NCBI GenBank assembly: GCA_963738955.1
Contig: CAVTYW010000015.1
Coordinates: forward strand, 151,910 to 215,909
DNA length: 64,000 nt
Direction: 5' to 3'
Source of the DNA: Pirellulales bacterium
GTDB taxonomy: Bacteria; Planctomycetota; Planctomycetia; Pirellulales; DATAWG01
The notes under the pieces are model-generated. The model was not told the DNA's origin. It did not search any database and worked only from the letters and a program-made list of their open reading frames with translations. This document shows positions 1 to 8,104 of this stretch, piece after piece. The translations under genes and the position numbers were made by a program. Position 1 is the stretch's first letter. Every line of letters begins with the position of its first letter.

Positions 1-348
1 CACCGCTTCGACTCGCGCCAACAGTTCCTTCACGCTGAACGGCTTGACCACATAATCGTCGGCCCCAAGCCGCAGGCCGGCCACGCGATCGCTTTCGTCG
101 CCCCGAGCGGTCAGCAAAATCACCGGCTGCGTCGGCCGCAGCGCGCGAACGGCTTGCAAGATCTCCAGCCCATCGCGGCCGGGCAACACGAGGTCCAACA
201 GCAGCAAATCGTAACTCCGCTCCGTCGCCATGCGCAATCCGAGATCGCCATGTCCCGCTTCCAGCGGAGCATAGCCGGCGAACCGCAACGAATCGACGAT
301 CCCGCGGCGAATGGCGGGATCGTCTTCGATGGTGAGGATTTGGAGCAA
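1..348 (-). CDS. Response regulator receiver domain (OmpR/PhoB-type), C-terminal part cut by window edge
   Basis: Minus-strand translation from TTG at 348-346 reads LLQILTIEDDPAIRRG... and ends at the window edge with ...DDYVVKPFSVKELLARVEAV. Both stretches were checked by reverse-complementing 301-348 and 1-60. The DDYVxKPF motif is canonical for receiver domains. The ORF is absent from the track because it runs off the window. Confidence 0.8.
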   Translation of the reverse strand, partial: MLQILTIEDDPAIRRGIVDSLRFAGYAPLEAGHGDLGLRMATERSYDLLLLDLVLPGRDGLEILQAVRALRPTQPVILLTARGDESDRVAGLRLGADDYVVKPFSVKELLARVEAV

Positions 349-359
349 GGGCGGAGGAA

Positions 360-394
360 GGGGCTAGGGGTCAGGGGCTAGGGACTAGGGTACG
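360..394. repeat. Heptamer tandem array (GGGGCTA GGGGTCA GGGGCTA GGGACTA GGGTACG), G-tract array
   Basis: Read directly. G-runs start at 360, 367, 374, 381 and 388 with period 7. On the minus strand the array is CCCTAGN-type and ends 12 nt upstream of the response-regulator start codon. Confidence 0.85.
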
Positions 395-525
395 AAGAAC
401 GGACGAAGACGAAGGACGACAGCCGTTTGGGTGCAACTAAATCATAGCCGGGTAAGCGGCGCGGGGCGAGGTTTTTGGTTGCGGCGCGGCTTGCCTTCGC
501 GTTGCTCGTAGCTGGATTCGCCAGA

Positions 526-898
526 ACTGGGTATTTACTTGACTCCACCATCCACTAGGGGTTGTGGTTTGAGCTGGCGGTTGAACGGAACTGGGGCGAC
601 TTGCACCGCTTGTTGTGCCAATCGGTAGAAGAGCTTGCCGCGTGTGGCCGAATTGCGGCGATTGAAACGGAATGTGAACTCATCGAGGTAATAGTCCAGA
701 TGTTGTGCGCCTACAGCCCCTTGATGCGTGCCCAGCAGCCATCGCTTCAACAAGGATGCGACCCGATGCACTCTAGGCATGGCAACGATCGCCGCATCCG
801 GAGGTTGTCCCTTCAGGGTCGTCACGCGATGACCATAACCGTAGGCATCCAAGCCAACACTACATATTGGGGTCGGTGGAGTCAAGTAAATACCCAGT
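526..898 (-). mobile_element. IS1595-family-derived miniature element (MITE-like), copy 1
   Basis: Perfect 24-bp terminal inverted repeats: ACTGGGTATTTACTTGACTCCACC at 526-549 and its reverse complement at 875-898. Flanking 8-bp direct repeat TCGCCAGA at 518-525 and 899-906. The interior carries only a C-terminal transposase remnant. Region 505-910 is identical to 4649-5054. Confidence 0.75.
535..885 (-). pseudogene. IS1595-family (ISXO2-like) transposase, C-terminal fragment only
   Basis: Translation ...GLDAYGYGHRVTTLKG...VHRVASLLKRWLLGTHQGAVGAQHLDYYLDEFTFRFNRRNS... resembles the C-terminal tail of IS1595-type DDE transposases. The N-terminal zinc-ribbon and most of the DDE core are absent. 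The track ORF 535..924 starts outside the element. Confidence 0.6.
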
Positions 899-931
899 TC
901 GCCAGAATTCAGCCTTTGTCTCACGGCGCCG

Positions 932-2317
932 TTATTTCACCACGCCGTTGTTTTCTAGCGCGGTGTACGTGTCGGCGGGCATTAGGCCTAGCCAGGGATC
1001 GGAGCTTGGGGTGAGGAATAATTCGGAATAGACGCGTTCGTTCAATTTGTCGAGGTTGGTCGTCGAACCGGCGGCGAGCCATTGGTGAATCTGGCGGTGG
1101 AGCAGGTATTCATTTCGCACCGTGTCCAAGGCAATCGAGCCTTGAAACGTGCGAACCATTCGCACCAGCGGATTCTCGACAAGCGATTTCGAAATCGCGT
1201 AGCCGGCGGCGGCAGTCGCGGTCGGATGTTGGCTGGCGATCAGCGCCACGCTGGCGGCATCGAGCGTGCCATTTTCGGGATGCAGCGTCGCGATGCGATT
1301 CCAGACGGTGTCGGTCGTGACTTGCTCCAGCGTCGTGCCGGGGTTGACGGCCGCGACGATTGGCATCTCCACGAACCCCTTCGTGATGGCTACTCGACCG
1401 GCGACCGCGGCCGTTGGGGGATTCGCCGTGCTTGCGTACTCCTTCGACGCACCTGGACCGATACCAACAAGTTTGACTCCGAGCTTATTCAAATCCTCCT
1501 GCCAGGCCGTTTGAATCGCGGCGGCTCGCTCGCGGTGGTATGCCATGAGCAATCGCTCTTGCTCGGCCGGAGTCAACTTGGCCGCTTGTTGAACGATTTT
1601 TTCCGCTCGCTCGATCTCGCGCAGGAATGGCTTGGGTCCGTAGAGACCCGGCAGGGCGTCGATCACTCGGCCGTCGGCTGCGAGGATGTAGTGGATGCTA
1701 TTGCCGGTGAGTGTCCGTTCGAGTTTGCGGCCGTCGCCGAAATCGATGGTGACTTTCGGCACCGGCCGCACCGATTTCCAATGCAGGATGAATCGCGTTC
1801 GGAGAACCTCGCTGACTTCGTCGTTGGCATAGAGCGTCGTGCGGAAAAATCGGCTATTGGCACAGCTATATTCGTCGGTCAGTTTGCCGAGCAGACGGAG
1901 CGACAAGATCGGCTTATGCTCGCGAGCCGCGGCCGCTTTGGCTTGATCGAGATCGGTGTACCAAAACAATCGCGAGACATGGCAATCGCGCTGGCCGCTC
2001 ACCTGGTCCAAGGCCGTCTTGAGCCGATCCCAGGTCGGATCGTTGACTTTGACGGCTGCTTGGATTGCAGATTTTGAAATCTCGCGATGGTGGGCGATCA
2101 AATCGGCGTGGGTCGAAAGCAAGGCTTCCAAGCCTTCGGGGCCTTGGTCGCGAAGCGCGGCGATGGCATTCTGGGCGGTCGCGGTATCTTCGGAAATCGC
2201 CGAGCGTGCGAGCTCGCTCACGTTGACTGCTGGCTCGCAGTAATGATACGCTTCTTGGCCGAAACAAACTGCCGAGATTGCGAGCAATAAGGCCACCGGT
2301 AGCAGTTTCGATCGCAT
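932..2317 (-). CDS. Secreted hypothetical protein (signal peptide; possible thioredoxin-like region)
   Basis: Track ORF 932..2539. The internal ATG at 2317 is preceded by AAAGGAG and followed by MRSKLLPVALLLAISAVCFGQ, a signal-peptide-like N-terminus. No family recognised with certainty. Confidence 0.6.
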   Translation of the reverse strand: MRSKLLPVALLLAISAVCFGQEAYHYCEPAVNVSELARSAISEDTATAQNAIAALRDQGPEGLEALLSTHADLIAHHREISKSAIQAAVKVNDPTWDRLKTALDQVSGQRDCHVSRLFWYTDLDQAKAAAAREHKPILSLRLLGKLTDEYSCANSRFFRTTLYANDEVSEVLRTRFILHWKSVRPVPKVTIDFGDGRKLERTLTGNSIHYILAADGRVIDALPGLYGPKPFLREIERAEKIVQQAAKLTPAEQERLLMAYHRERAAAIQTAWQEDLNKLGVKLVGIGPGASKEYASTANPPTAAVAGRVAITKGFVEMPIVAAVNPGTTLEQVTTDTVWNRIATLHPENGTLDAASVALIASQHPTATAAAGYAISKSLVENPLVRMVRTFQGSIALDTVRNEYLLHRQIHQWLAAGSTTNLDKLNERVYSELFLTPSSDPWLGLMPADTYTALENNGVVK

Positions 2318-2565
2318 GGTTGGCTCCTTTACGAATTGAGAACGAGTCGCTGACATTCGACTCCCGTGCTCGAATTCTACTGGCGTATCGGCGTTTGCAG
2401 GGTAAAGGCTTTGTAACGAGGCCATCGGAGCCCGTAGCGCGAGCAAGGGAACGACAATCCTTGCCGGCGCTACGGGCTCCCGCCGCGGAACTCGTTGACG
2501 CGCCATTCCAACCCCCTTAGACTTTCGGCTAAAGGACATTCACCTCCGCTCTGGGAGCCAAACTC

Positions 2566-4647
2566 ATGTCTGTCTCATCCGAAGTCCAAATCGAACAGTT
2601 GTCGATCAACACCATCCGCACGCTGTCGATGGACGCCGTGCAGGCGGCCAAGAGCGGCCATCCGGGCACGCCGATGGCGCTGGCCCCGGTGGCCTATCAC
2701 ACTGTGGCAGCAATGTGCTGCGGTTACGATCCCGACGCTCCGCATTGGCCGGCGCGCGATCGATTCGTGCTGTCGTGCGGCCATGCCTCGATGCTGCTCT
2801 ATTCCATGCTGCACCTGGCCGGCGTGAAGCAGCTTGACGCCGACGGCAAGCCGACCGGCGAACTGGCCGTGCTCGCTCGATCAGATCAAGCAGTTTCGCC
2901 AACTGCACAGCCGCTGCCCCGGCCATCCGGAAGCGAACGACACGACGGGCGTCGAAACCACGACCGGCCCGCTGGGCCAAGGCTGCGGCAACAGCGTCGG
3001 CATGGCGATCGCCCAGCGCTGGCTGGCCGCTCATTTCAATCGGCCGGGCTTCGAGCTGTTCGACTACAATGTCTACGCTCTGTGCAGCGACGGCGACATG
3101 ATGGAAGGCATCTCGAACGAAGCCGCGTCGATCGCCGGGCATCTGAAGCTCTCGAACCTCTGCTGGATTTACGACGACAATCACATCACGATCGAAGGCA
3201 ACACGAAGCTGGCCTTCGACGAAGACGTCGGCCGCCGCTTCGAGGGGCTCGGCTGGCATGTGATGCACGTCGCCGACGCCAACGATCTCGACGCGCTCGC
3301 CGCCGCCTTCAAATCGTTCGAGGAAACCGACGACCGGCCGACGATGATCATCGTCCGCAGTCATATCGGCTACGGTTCGCCGAACAAGCAAGACACGAAC
3401 AAGGCGCACGGCGAAGCCGCTCGGCGAAGAAGAAGTCAAGCTGACCAAGAAGGTCTACGGCTGGCCGGAAGATGCCAAGTTTCTCGTGCCCGAGGAAGTG
3501 CGCGAGCATTTCCAAGCCGGCATCGCTGTTCGCGGGCGGAAGTTGCACGACGAGTGGCAAGCGGATTGGACGAAATATCGCCGCGAAATTCCCGAGTTGG
3601 CCGAAAGAATGGGAATTGATGGACGCTCGACAATTGCCGGCTGGTTGGGACGCCGATCTAACGCCGTTCCCGGCCGACGCCAAGGGCATGGCCAGCCGCA
3701 TTTCGTCCGGCAAGGTGCTCAACGTCGTGGCGAAGCACGTTCCCTGGCTGATCGGCGGCGCCGCCGACCTGGCCCCTTCGACGATGACTCTATTGACCGG
3801 CGACGGTTGCACCGATTTCGAGCCGGGCAACTACGCCGGCCGCAACTTCCACTTCGGCATTCGCGAGCATGGCATGGCCTCCGCGGCTCAACGGCATGGC
3901 GCTGTCGAACGTGCGGCCGTTCGTGGCGACGTTCTTCGTGTTCATCGATTATCTGCAAGCCGTCGTTGCGGTTGGCCGCGCTCGGCAAGCTGCCGGTGAT
4001 TTACATCTTCACGCACGATTCGATCGGCCTGGGCGAAGACGGGCCGACGCATCAGCCGATCGAGCATCTGGCGGCCATGCGGGCGATTCCGAATATCTTG
4101 GTGTTCCGGCCCGGCGATGCCAACGAAGTGGTCGAGACGTATCGCGTCGGTGATGCCGCTTACCGATCGGCCCGCGGCGCTAGTGCTCACTCGGCAGAAT
4201 CTGCCGACGCTCGATCGCACGAAGTACGCCGCCGCCAGCGGCGTGGCGAAGGGGGCGTATGTGCTGGCCGATGCGGCGAAGGGAAAGCCGGACGTGATCC
4301 TCATGGCCACCGGCAGCGAAGTCGGCTTGTGTATTGAGGCATACGAACAACTCACCAAAGAGGGAATCGCGGCGCGGGTGGTGAGCATGCCGTGTTGGGA
4401 GCTGTTCGAGGCGCAGGATGATGCATATCGCAACAGCGTGTTGCCGCCGGATGTGACAGTGCGCGTCGGTGTCGAAGCGGCCGCGAGCTTTGGCTGGGAC
4501 CGCTATTTGGGCCCCGCGGGCCGGTTCGTCGGCATGAAAACCTTCGGTGCATCGGCGCCAGGGCCAGCGGTGATGAAATACTTTGGTTTCACCACCGAGA
4601 ATGTCGTGGCAACGGCGAAAGCAGCATTGGCCGCGAAGAAGTCGTAA
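2566..4647 (+). pseudogene. tkt: Transketolase, reading frame broken at least 6 times as assembled
   Basis: Track fragments starting at 2566, 2834, 3486, 3472, 3869 and 4117 together spell a full transketolase. Recognisable stretches include [118 protein letters not shown] and GMKTFGASAP. Frame order is 1>2>0>1>2>0>1, with breaks near 2872, 3417, 3600, 3885, 3958 and 4150. Each break is equivalent to a +1 insertion. Confidence 0.85.
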
Positions 4648-4669
4648 CCTCGTAGCTGGATTCGCCAGA

Positions 4670-5042
4670 ACTGGGTATTTACTTGACTCCACCATCCACT
4701 AGGGGTTGTGGTTTGAGCTGGCGGTTGAACGGAACTGGGGCGACTTGCACCGCTTGTTGTGCCAATCGGTAGAAGAGCTTGCCGCGTGTGGCCGAATTGC
4801 GGCGATTGAAACGGAATGTGAACTCATCGAGGTAATAGTCCAGATGTTGTGCGCCTACAGCCCCTTGATGCGTGCCCAGCAGCCATCGCTTCAACAAGGA
4901 TGCGACCCGATGCACTCTAGGCATGGCAACGATCGCCGCATCCGGAGGTTGTCCCTTCAGGGTCGTCACGCGATGACCATAACCGTAGGCATCCAAGCCA
5001 ACACTACATATTGGGGTCGGTGGAGTCAAGTAAATACCCAGT
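4670..5042 (-). mobile_element. IS1595-family-derived miniature element (MITE-like), copy 2
   Basis: Region 4649-5054 is identical to 505-910 (offset 4144). It has the same 24-bp IRs and the same TCGCCAGA flanks at 4662-4669 and 5043-5050. Orientation is direct relative to copy 1. Confidence 0.75.
4679..5029 (-). pseudogene. IS1595-family transposase, C-terminal fragment only (copy 2)
   Basis: Track ORF 4679..5029 (116 aa) is identical to the copy-1 fragment and includes HLDYYLDEFTFRFNRR. Confidence 0.6.
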
Positions 5043-5073
5043 TCGCCAGAATTCGGATGTCGGCGACCTCAGT

Positions 5074-5331
5074 TTAGAGCCCGTCGCCGAGCCAACCGCT
5101 GAGATCGTCCATTTCATTGGCTCGTTGCTCGGCGATTTTCCGCTGTGCCTCGGCCAGGGCGATTTCGTAGATGTTCATCGGGCGCGGCTGCATTCCACCA
5201 GGCGCGGGCGTTCCGGGGGCGAGGCCCGTCGGGATCGCAATGAAGGCCGATGGGTTCGTCTGGGGCGGTTCGGCTTGCTCCTGCGACTCGGCCGGGGGAG
5301 CGAAGTATTTGCTGATCCGATTCTTGAGCAT
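5074..5331 (-). CDS. Small hypothetical protein (85 aa)
   Basis: Track ORF only. It has a Pro-rich middle and a helical-looking C-terminus (NIYEIALAEAQRKIAEQRANEMDD). It is divergent from the Cys-rich gene. No family recognised. Confidence 0.3.
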   Translation of the reverse strand: MLKNRISKYFAPPAESQEQAEPPQTNPSAFIAIPTGLAPGTPAPGGMQPRPMNIYEIALAEAQRKIAEQRANEMDDLSGWLGDGL

Positions 5332-5531
5332 GGGTTCACCGTGTGTAATAGCCCGCGCCTACGTCATCAATCCGATGACTTTAGTAACATCGAGACGCCA
5401 GCGAAGAAACTTGGAGCGAATGCGGCCGCAAGAGGGGGCGAATTGACACGCTTTTCGGCGGCGCGCCCACAAGCGGCAAACTTTACGCAGATTTACACGC
5501 TGCGCCGCTCGTAGCGCAATCCAAGCTCCTA

Positions 5532-5561
5532 TTGCATGTTTTTTCGCCGTAGGCATATATT
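5532..5561 (+). promoter_or_regulatory. Candidate sigma70-like promoter (TTGCAT-18 nt-TATATT) for the Cys-rich gene
   Basis: TTGCAT at 5532-5537 and TATATT at 5556-5561, read directly. This would give a ~210-nt leader. Promoter consensus in this lineage is not known to me, so confidence is low. Confidence 0.25.
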
Positions 5562-5776
5562 GAACCCAGCTTTGCGGCCGTTCCCCCGCGAACGGCCGCC
5601 GTGGAATGGGTTAGGAATTGGAGTCTGCCGCGCGGTTGGCCGGCGAATTCGGCGGCCGCGCAAGAACCAAGGAACGGGTCTTTCTGCCGTCGCGCGGTCT
5701 TTTCCTTGTCCGAGCTGTTCGGGCGATGCCGCACGCGCCTCTGGATCGATCCGTCGATTAAAAGGAGTGATGTACG

Positions 5777-6256
5777 ATGGCTAGCACTATTGTTGCGGAA
5801 CGTTCGACAATCGGCGGCCCTTGGGCCGGACCAGCCGCGCCTTGGCAATCGGCCTACGGACCGATTGCCGCGCCGACGACGGGCAATTTCTCCGTGATGC
5901 CGCGCTGCAAGCTCGAGTTCGAGAAGTGCAACGGCGGTTTCAAGATCAATTGCTCGTGTGAAGACGAAGTCGCCTGCGGCCAGTTGCAAAATCTTTGCAA
6001 CATGCTCTGCGACGGCACCTGCTCGTGCTCCGCTTGCTGCAACGGCATCCAGATTTGCCAATGCAATCTCGCTTTGGGCTTCTGCCATTGCGAAAATACC
6101 AAAGACGGCGTGTGCATCACCTGCACCAGCGCCGACAAGAAGTGCGCCGAGATGATCCAAGCCTGCTGCGATTGCATCGCCGCTTGCTCCTGCCAGCCGG
6201 GTTGCTGCTGCTACATTTCGTTCAAAGGCACCCCGGTGTGCTGCGGAACCTGCTAA
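5777..6256 (+). CDS. Cysteine-rich protein (29 Cys in the last 116 residues), unknown family; metal-binding or disulfide-rich candidate
   Basis: The ATG at 5777 follows AAAGGAG (5760s) at appropriate spacing. Residues 1-43 are Cys-free and rich in Pro/Gly/Ala. Residues 44-159 contain CxC, CC, CCC and CxxC clusters, for example CSCSACC, CQC, CHC, CCDCIAACSC and GCCC...VCCGTC. A strong intrinsic terminator follows. Confidence 0.7.
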   Translation: MASTIVAERSTIGGPWAGPAAPWQSAYGPIAAPTTGNFSVMPRCKLEFEKCNGGFKINCSCEDEVACGQLQNLCNMLCDGTCSCSACCNGIQICQCNLALGFCHCENTKDGVCITCTSADKKCAEMIQACCDCIAACSCQPGCCCYISFKGTPVCCGTC

Positions 6257-6291
6257 TCGAGTCGTCCAAGTTCCCGCCATTTCGACCCTCG

Positions 6292-6329
6292 ACAGCCCCG
6301 GAGCAAGCCGCTCGGGGCTGTCTTTTTTT
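6292..6329 (+). terminator. Rho-independent terminator of the Cys-rich gene
   Basis: ACAGCCCCG (6292-6300), a 12-nt loop, CGGGGCTGT (6313-6321), then CTTTTTTT. Confidence 0.85.
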
Positions 6330-6351
6330 ATGGTCGGACTGAAGACACTAA

Positions 6352-6413
6352 CCGGAAGCGTTAGCGAGGGCGAGCGTTGACTCGCCGCCGCTCGCCCTCG
6401 CTAACGCTTCGGG
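6352..6413. repeat. Palindromic repeat, GAAGCGTTAGCGAGG family, copy A
   Basis: 25-nt arms with 1 mismatch (6352-6376 and 6389-6413) around a 12-nt loop. It shares the core CCSGAAGCGTTAGCGAGGGCGA with 11344-11407. Confidence 0.8.
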
Positions 6414-6490
6414 TGAGTATTCTAAATGGAAAAGCCCGTCATTCCCGCTACGAGCCGCATATCCCGCACTCCGGCGATCTGCGCTTCCAC

Positions 6491-6552
6491 GTAGGTCAGG
6501 CTTTCCAGCCTGACAATTCTCGCGGAATGTCAGCCTGGAAAGGCTGACCTAC
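6491..6552. repeat. Compound palindrome (two 8-bp hairpins that can also pair as one 25-bp stem)
   Basis: GTAGGTCAGGCTTTCCAGCCTGACA (6491-6515) and TGTCAGCCTGGAAAGGCTGACCTAC (6528-6552). Each arm is itself a hairpin: GTCAGGCT-TTCC-AGCCTGAC and GTCAGCCT-GGAA-AGGCTGAC. Confidence 0.75.
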
Positions 6553-6644
6553 GGCGAAAACTTGACCCTGCCTTCCAAGCGTACCTATACTGAAACATAC
6601 AGTGGCTCATCGTTTTGTGCCGTTCTGGCTTGGGAGAGGCTCCG

Positions 6645-7732
6645 ATGGCGTTTCGTCTTAGTTTGCGGGCGAGTGGTTTTGCAATTGCTTTCGTGGGCGC
6701 GGCTTGGATACTGTTGGCGACCGCTGCGGCACAGCAGCCCGCGGCGCGCAGATCCGCTGCGCCGCCGGCCGGGTTTCGCAAATTGGCGCCGGGCGTGGAA
6801 ACGACCGTTCCGCGGCCGTTGGACCCGCACGACACGGTGACGTATCACGACATCGTCGAGTTGACGGCCCCCGGCGTTGTGCCCGATTTGAATTGGACGC
6901 CGACCTTCAGCGCGCCGACGAAGACGTTGCTGTCGCTGGCGAAAGACCGTCCGTTTTATCGCACGGCCTGGTATCTGCAATTCACGTTCAAGCCGCTACG
7001 GCTGATCGAAGTCGATTTGCCGGGCCCGACCGGCCGGCTCGAGCGAAAAGTCGTTTGGTATATGGTTTACCGGGTGAAAAACCTCGGCGGCCATCTCAAG
7101 CCGGTCGCCAAGGAACCGCAGGCCGCCGATGAATTGGCCGGCGCCCGGAAGTTCAATCGGTCGATGATCTGGGTCCGCCGGGCATTGTTTTCATTCCGAA
7201 GTTTTCGCTCGAAGCGACCATCGACGGCCAAAAGCAGGTCTATGCCGATCGTCTGATTCCGCTGGCCATCGACGCCATCCGCCATCGCGAAGACCCGAAC
7301 CGTAAGCTGCTCGATACGGTGCAGATCAGCGGCCATCCAATCCCGCTCAGCACGGCGACCGACGATCGTAGCGTGTGGGGCGTGGCGACGTGGGTCGGCA
7401 TCGATCCGCGGATTGATTTCTTTTCGATCTACATCAACGGTCTGACCAACGCCTATCGTTGGACCGATCCGCCTGGAGCGTTCAAGGCGGGCGATCCGCC
7501 GGGCACCGGCCGCCAATACAAGCACAAGACGCTGCAATTGAACTTCTGGCGGCCGGGCGATGAATTCGCGCTGCTCGAAGACGAAATCCACATCGGAGCC
7601 CCGGCCGACAAAGTTGTTAAACCGGTTGACCCCGACGCTCTGCTAGCGCCCGGCGAAAAACCCGCACAAGAGGGCTCGCCCGGCGGCAGGAACTGGGATA
7701 AGATCATTGACTACCGGTGGATTTTCCGCTAA
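6645..7732 (+). CDS. Secreted hypothetical protein, one frame break near 7160
   Basis: The ATG at 6645 gives MAFRLSLRASGFAIAFVGAAWILLATAAAQQ (signal peptide). Track ORFs 6615..7256 and 7319..7732 join if one base is corrected near 7155-7165. The sense frame then continues as ...DDLGPPGIVFIPKFSLEATIDGQKQVYADRLIPLAIDAIRH... Confidence 0.6.
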
Positions 7733-7766
7733 AAGAGGCGGCTTGCCTCTTTATTCCAGACCGTAA

Positions 7767-7792
7767 CTGGATTCGCCAGAATTCAGCCTTTG
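7767..7792. repeat. Unoccupied copy of the MITE target repeat (CTGGATTCGCCAGAATTCAGCCTTTG)
   Basis: It equals the left flank of MITE copy 1 (CTGGATTCGCCAGA) joined directly to its right flank (ATTCAGCCTTTG), with a single TCGCCAGA. Confidence 0.7.
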
Positions 7793-7840
7793 ATATTTGA
7801 CTGTCGCCGAGCCAATTTCGGCGCATGAGGGAGCATTTCG

Positions 7841-8104
7841 ATGGCACACAAGAAGGGCCAAGGCTCAAGCCGCAACGGCCGCGATTCCCAGCCGCAGAAG
7901 CGGGGCGTCAAGCGATTCGGCGGCGAGCAGGTCATTGCCGGCAATATCCTCGTCCGGCAAGTCGGCAATCGCTTCCATCCCGGCCGCAACGTCGGTCAGG
8001 GGAAAGACTTTACGCTCTACGCGCTCGTCGACGGCGTCGTGCAATTCGACCGCGAAGGCCGCCGTGTGAACATCGTCAACGTGCCATGTTCGTCGATCGC
8101 GTAA
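7841..8104 (+). CDS. rpmA: 50S ribosomal protein L27
   Basis: [52 protein letters not shown]... is the canonical L27 N-terminus, and the length is 87 aa. Confidence 0.92.
   Translation: MAHKKGQGSSRNGRDSQPQKRGVKRFGGEQVIAGNILVRQVGNRFHPGRNVGQGKDFTLYALVDGVVQFDREGRRVNIVNVPCSSIA

Noticed and set aside
562-1014. 150-aa and 123-aa + strand ORFs inside the two MITE copies (562..1014, 4706..5077)
   Set aside because: They are antisense to the recognisable transposase remnant, show no family resemblance, and run across the element boundary.
505-5054. Composite transposon carrying tkt and the secreted-protein gene
   Set aside because: The flanking elements are non-autonomous fragments in direct orientation. 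Each has its own 8-bp flank inside a pre-existing target repeat. Independent insertions explain the layout better than a mobilised composite.
5777-6256. RiPP precursor (leader plus Cys-rich core) with adjacent maturase
   Set aside because: No radical-SAM, lanthipeptide, YcaO or protease/transporter gene was seen within about 5 kb on either side. It is kept only as a minor alternative in the finding.
5483-6280. 265-aa ORF on the minus strand covering the Cys-rich gene
   Set aside because: It is an Ala/Gly/Arg-rich antisense shadow typical of GC-rich DNA. It fully overlaps a + strand gene that has an SD, a terminator and a striking composition, and it has no start context of its own.
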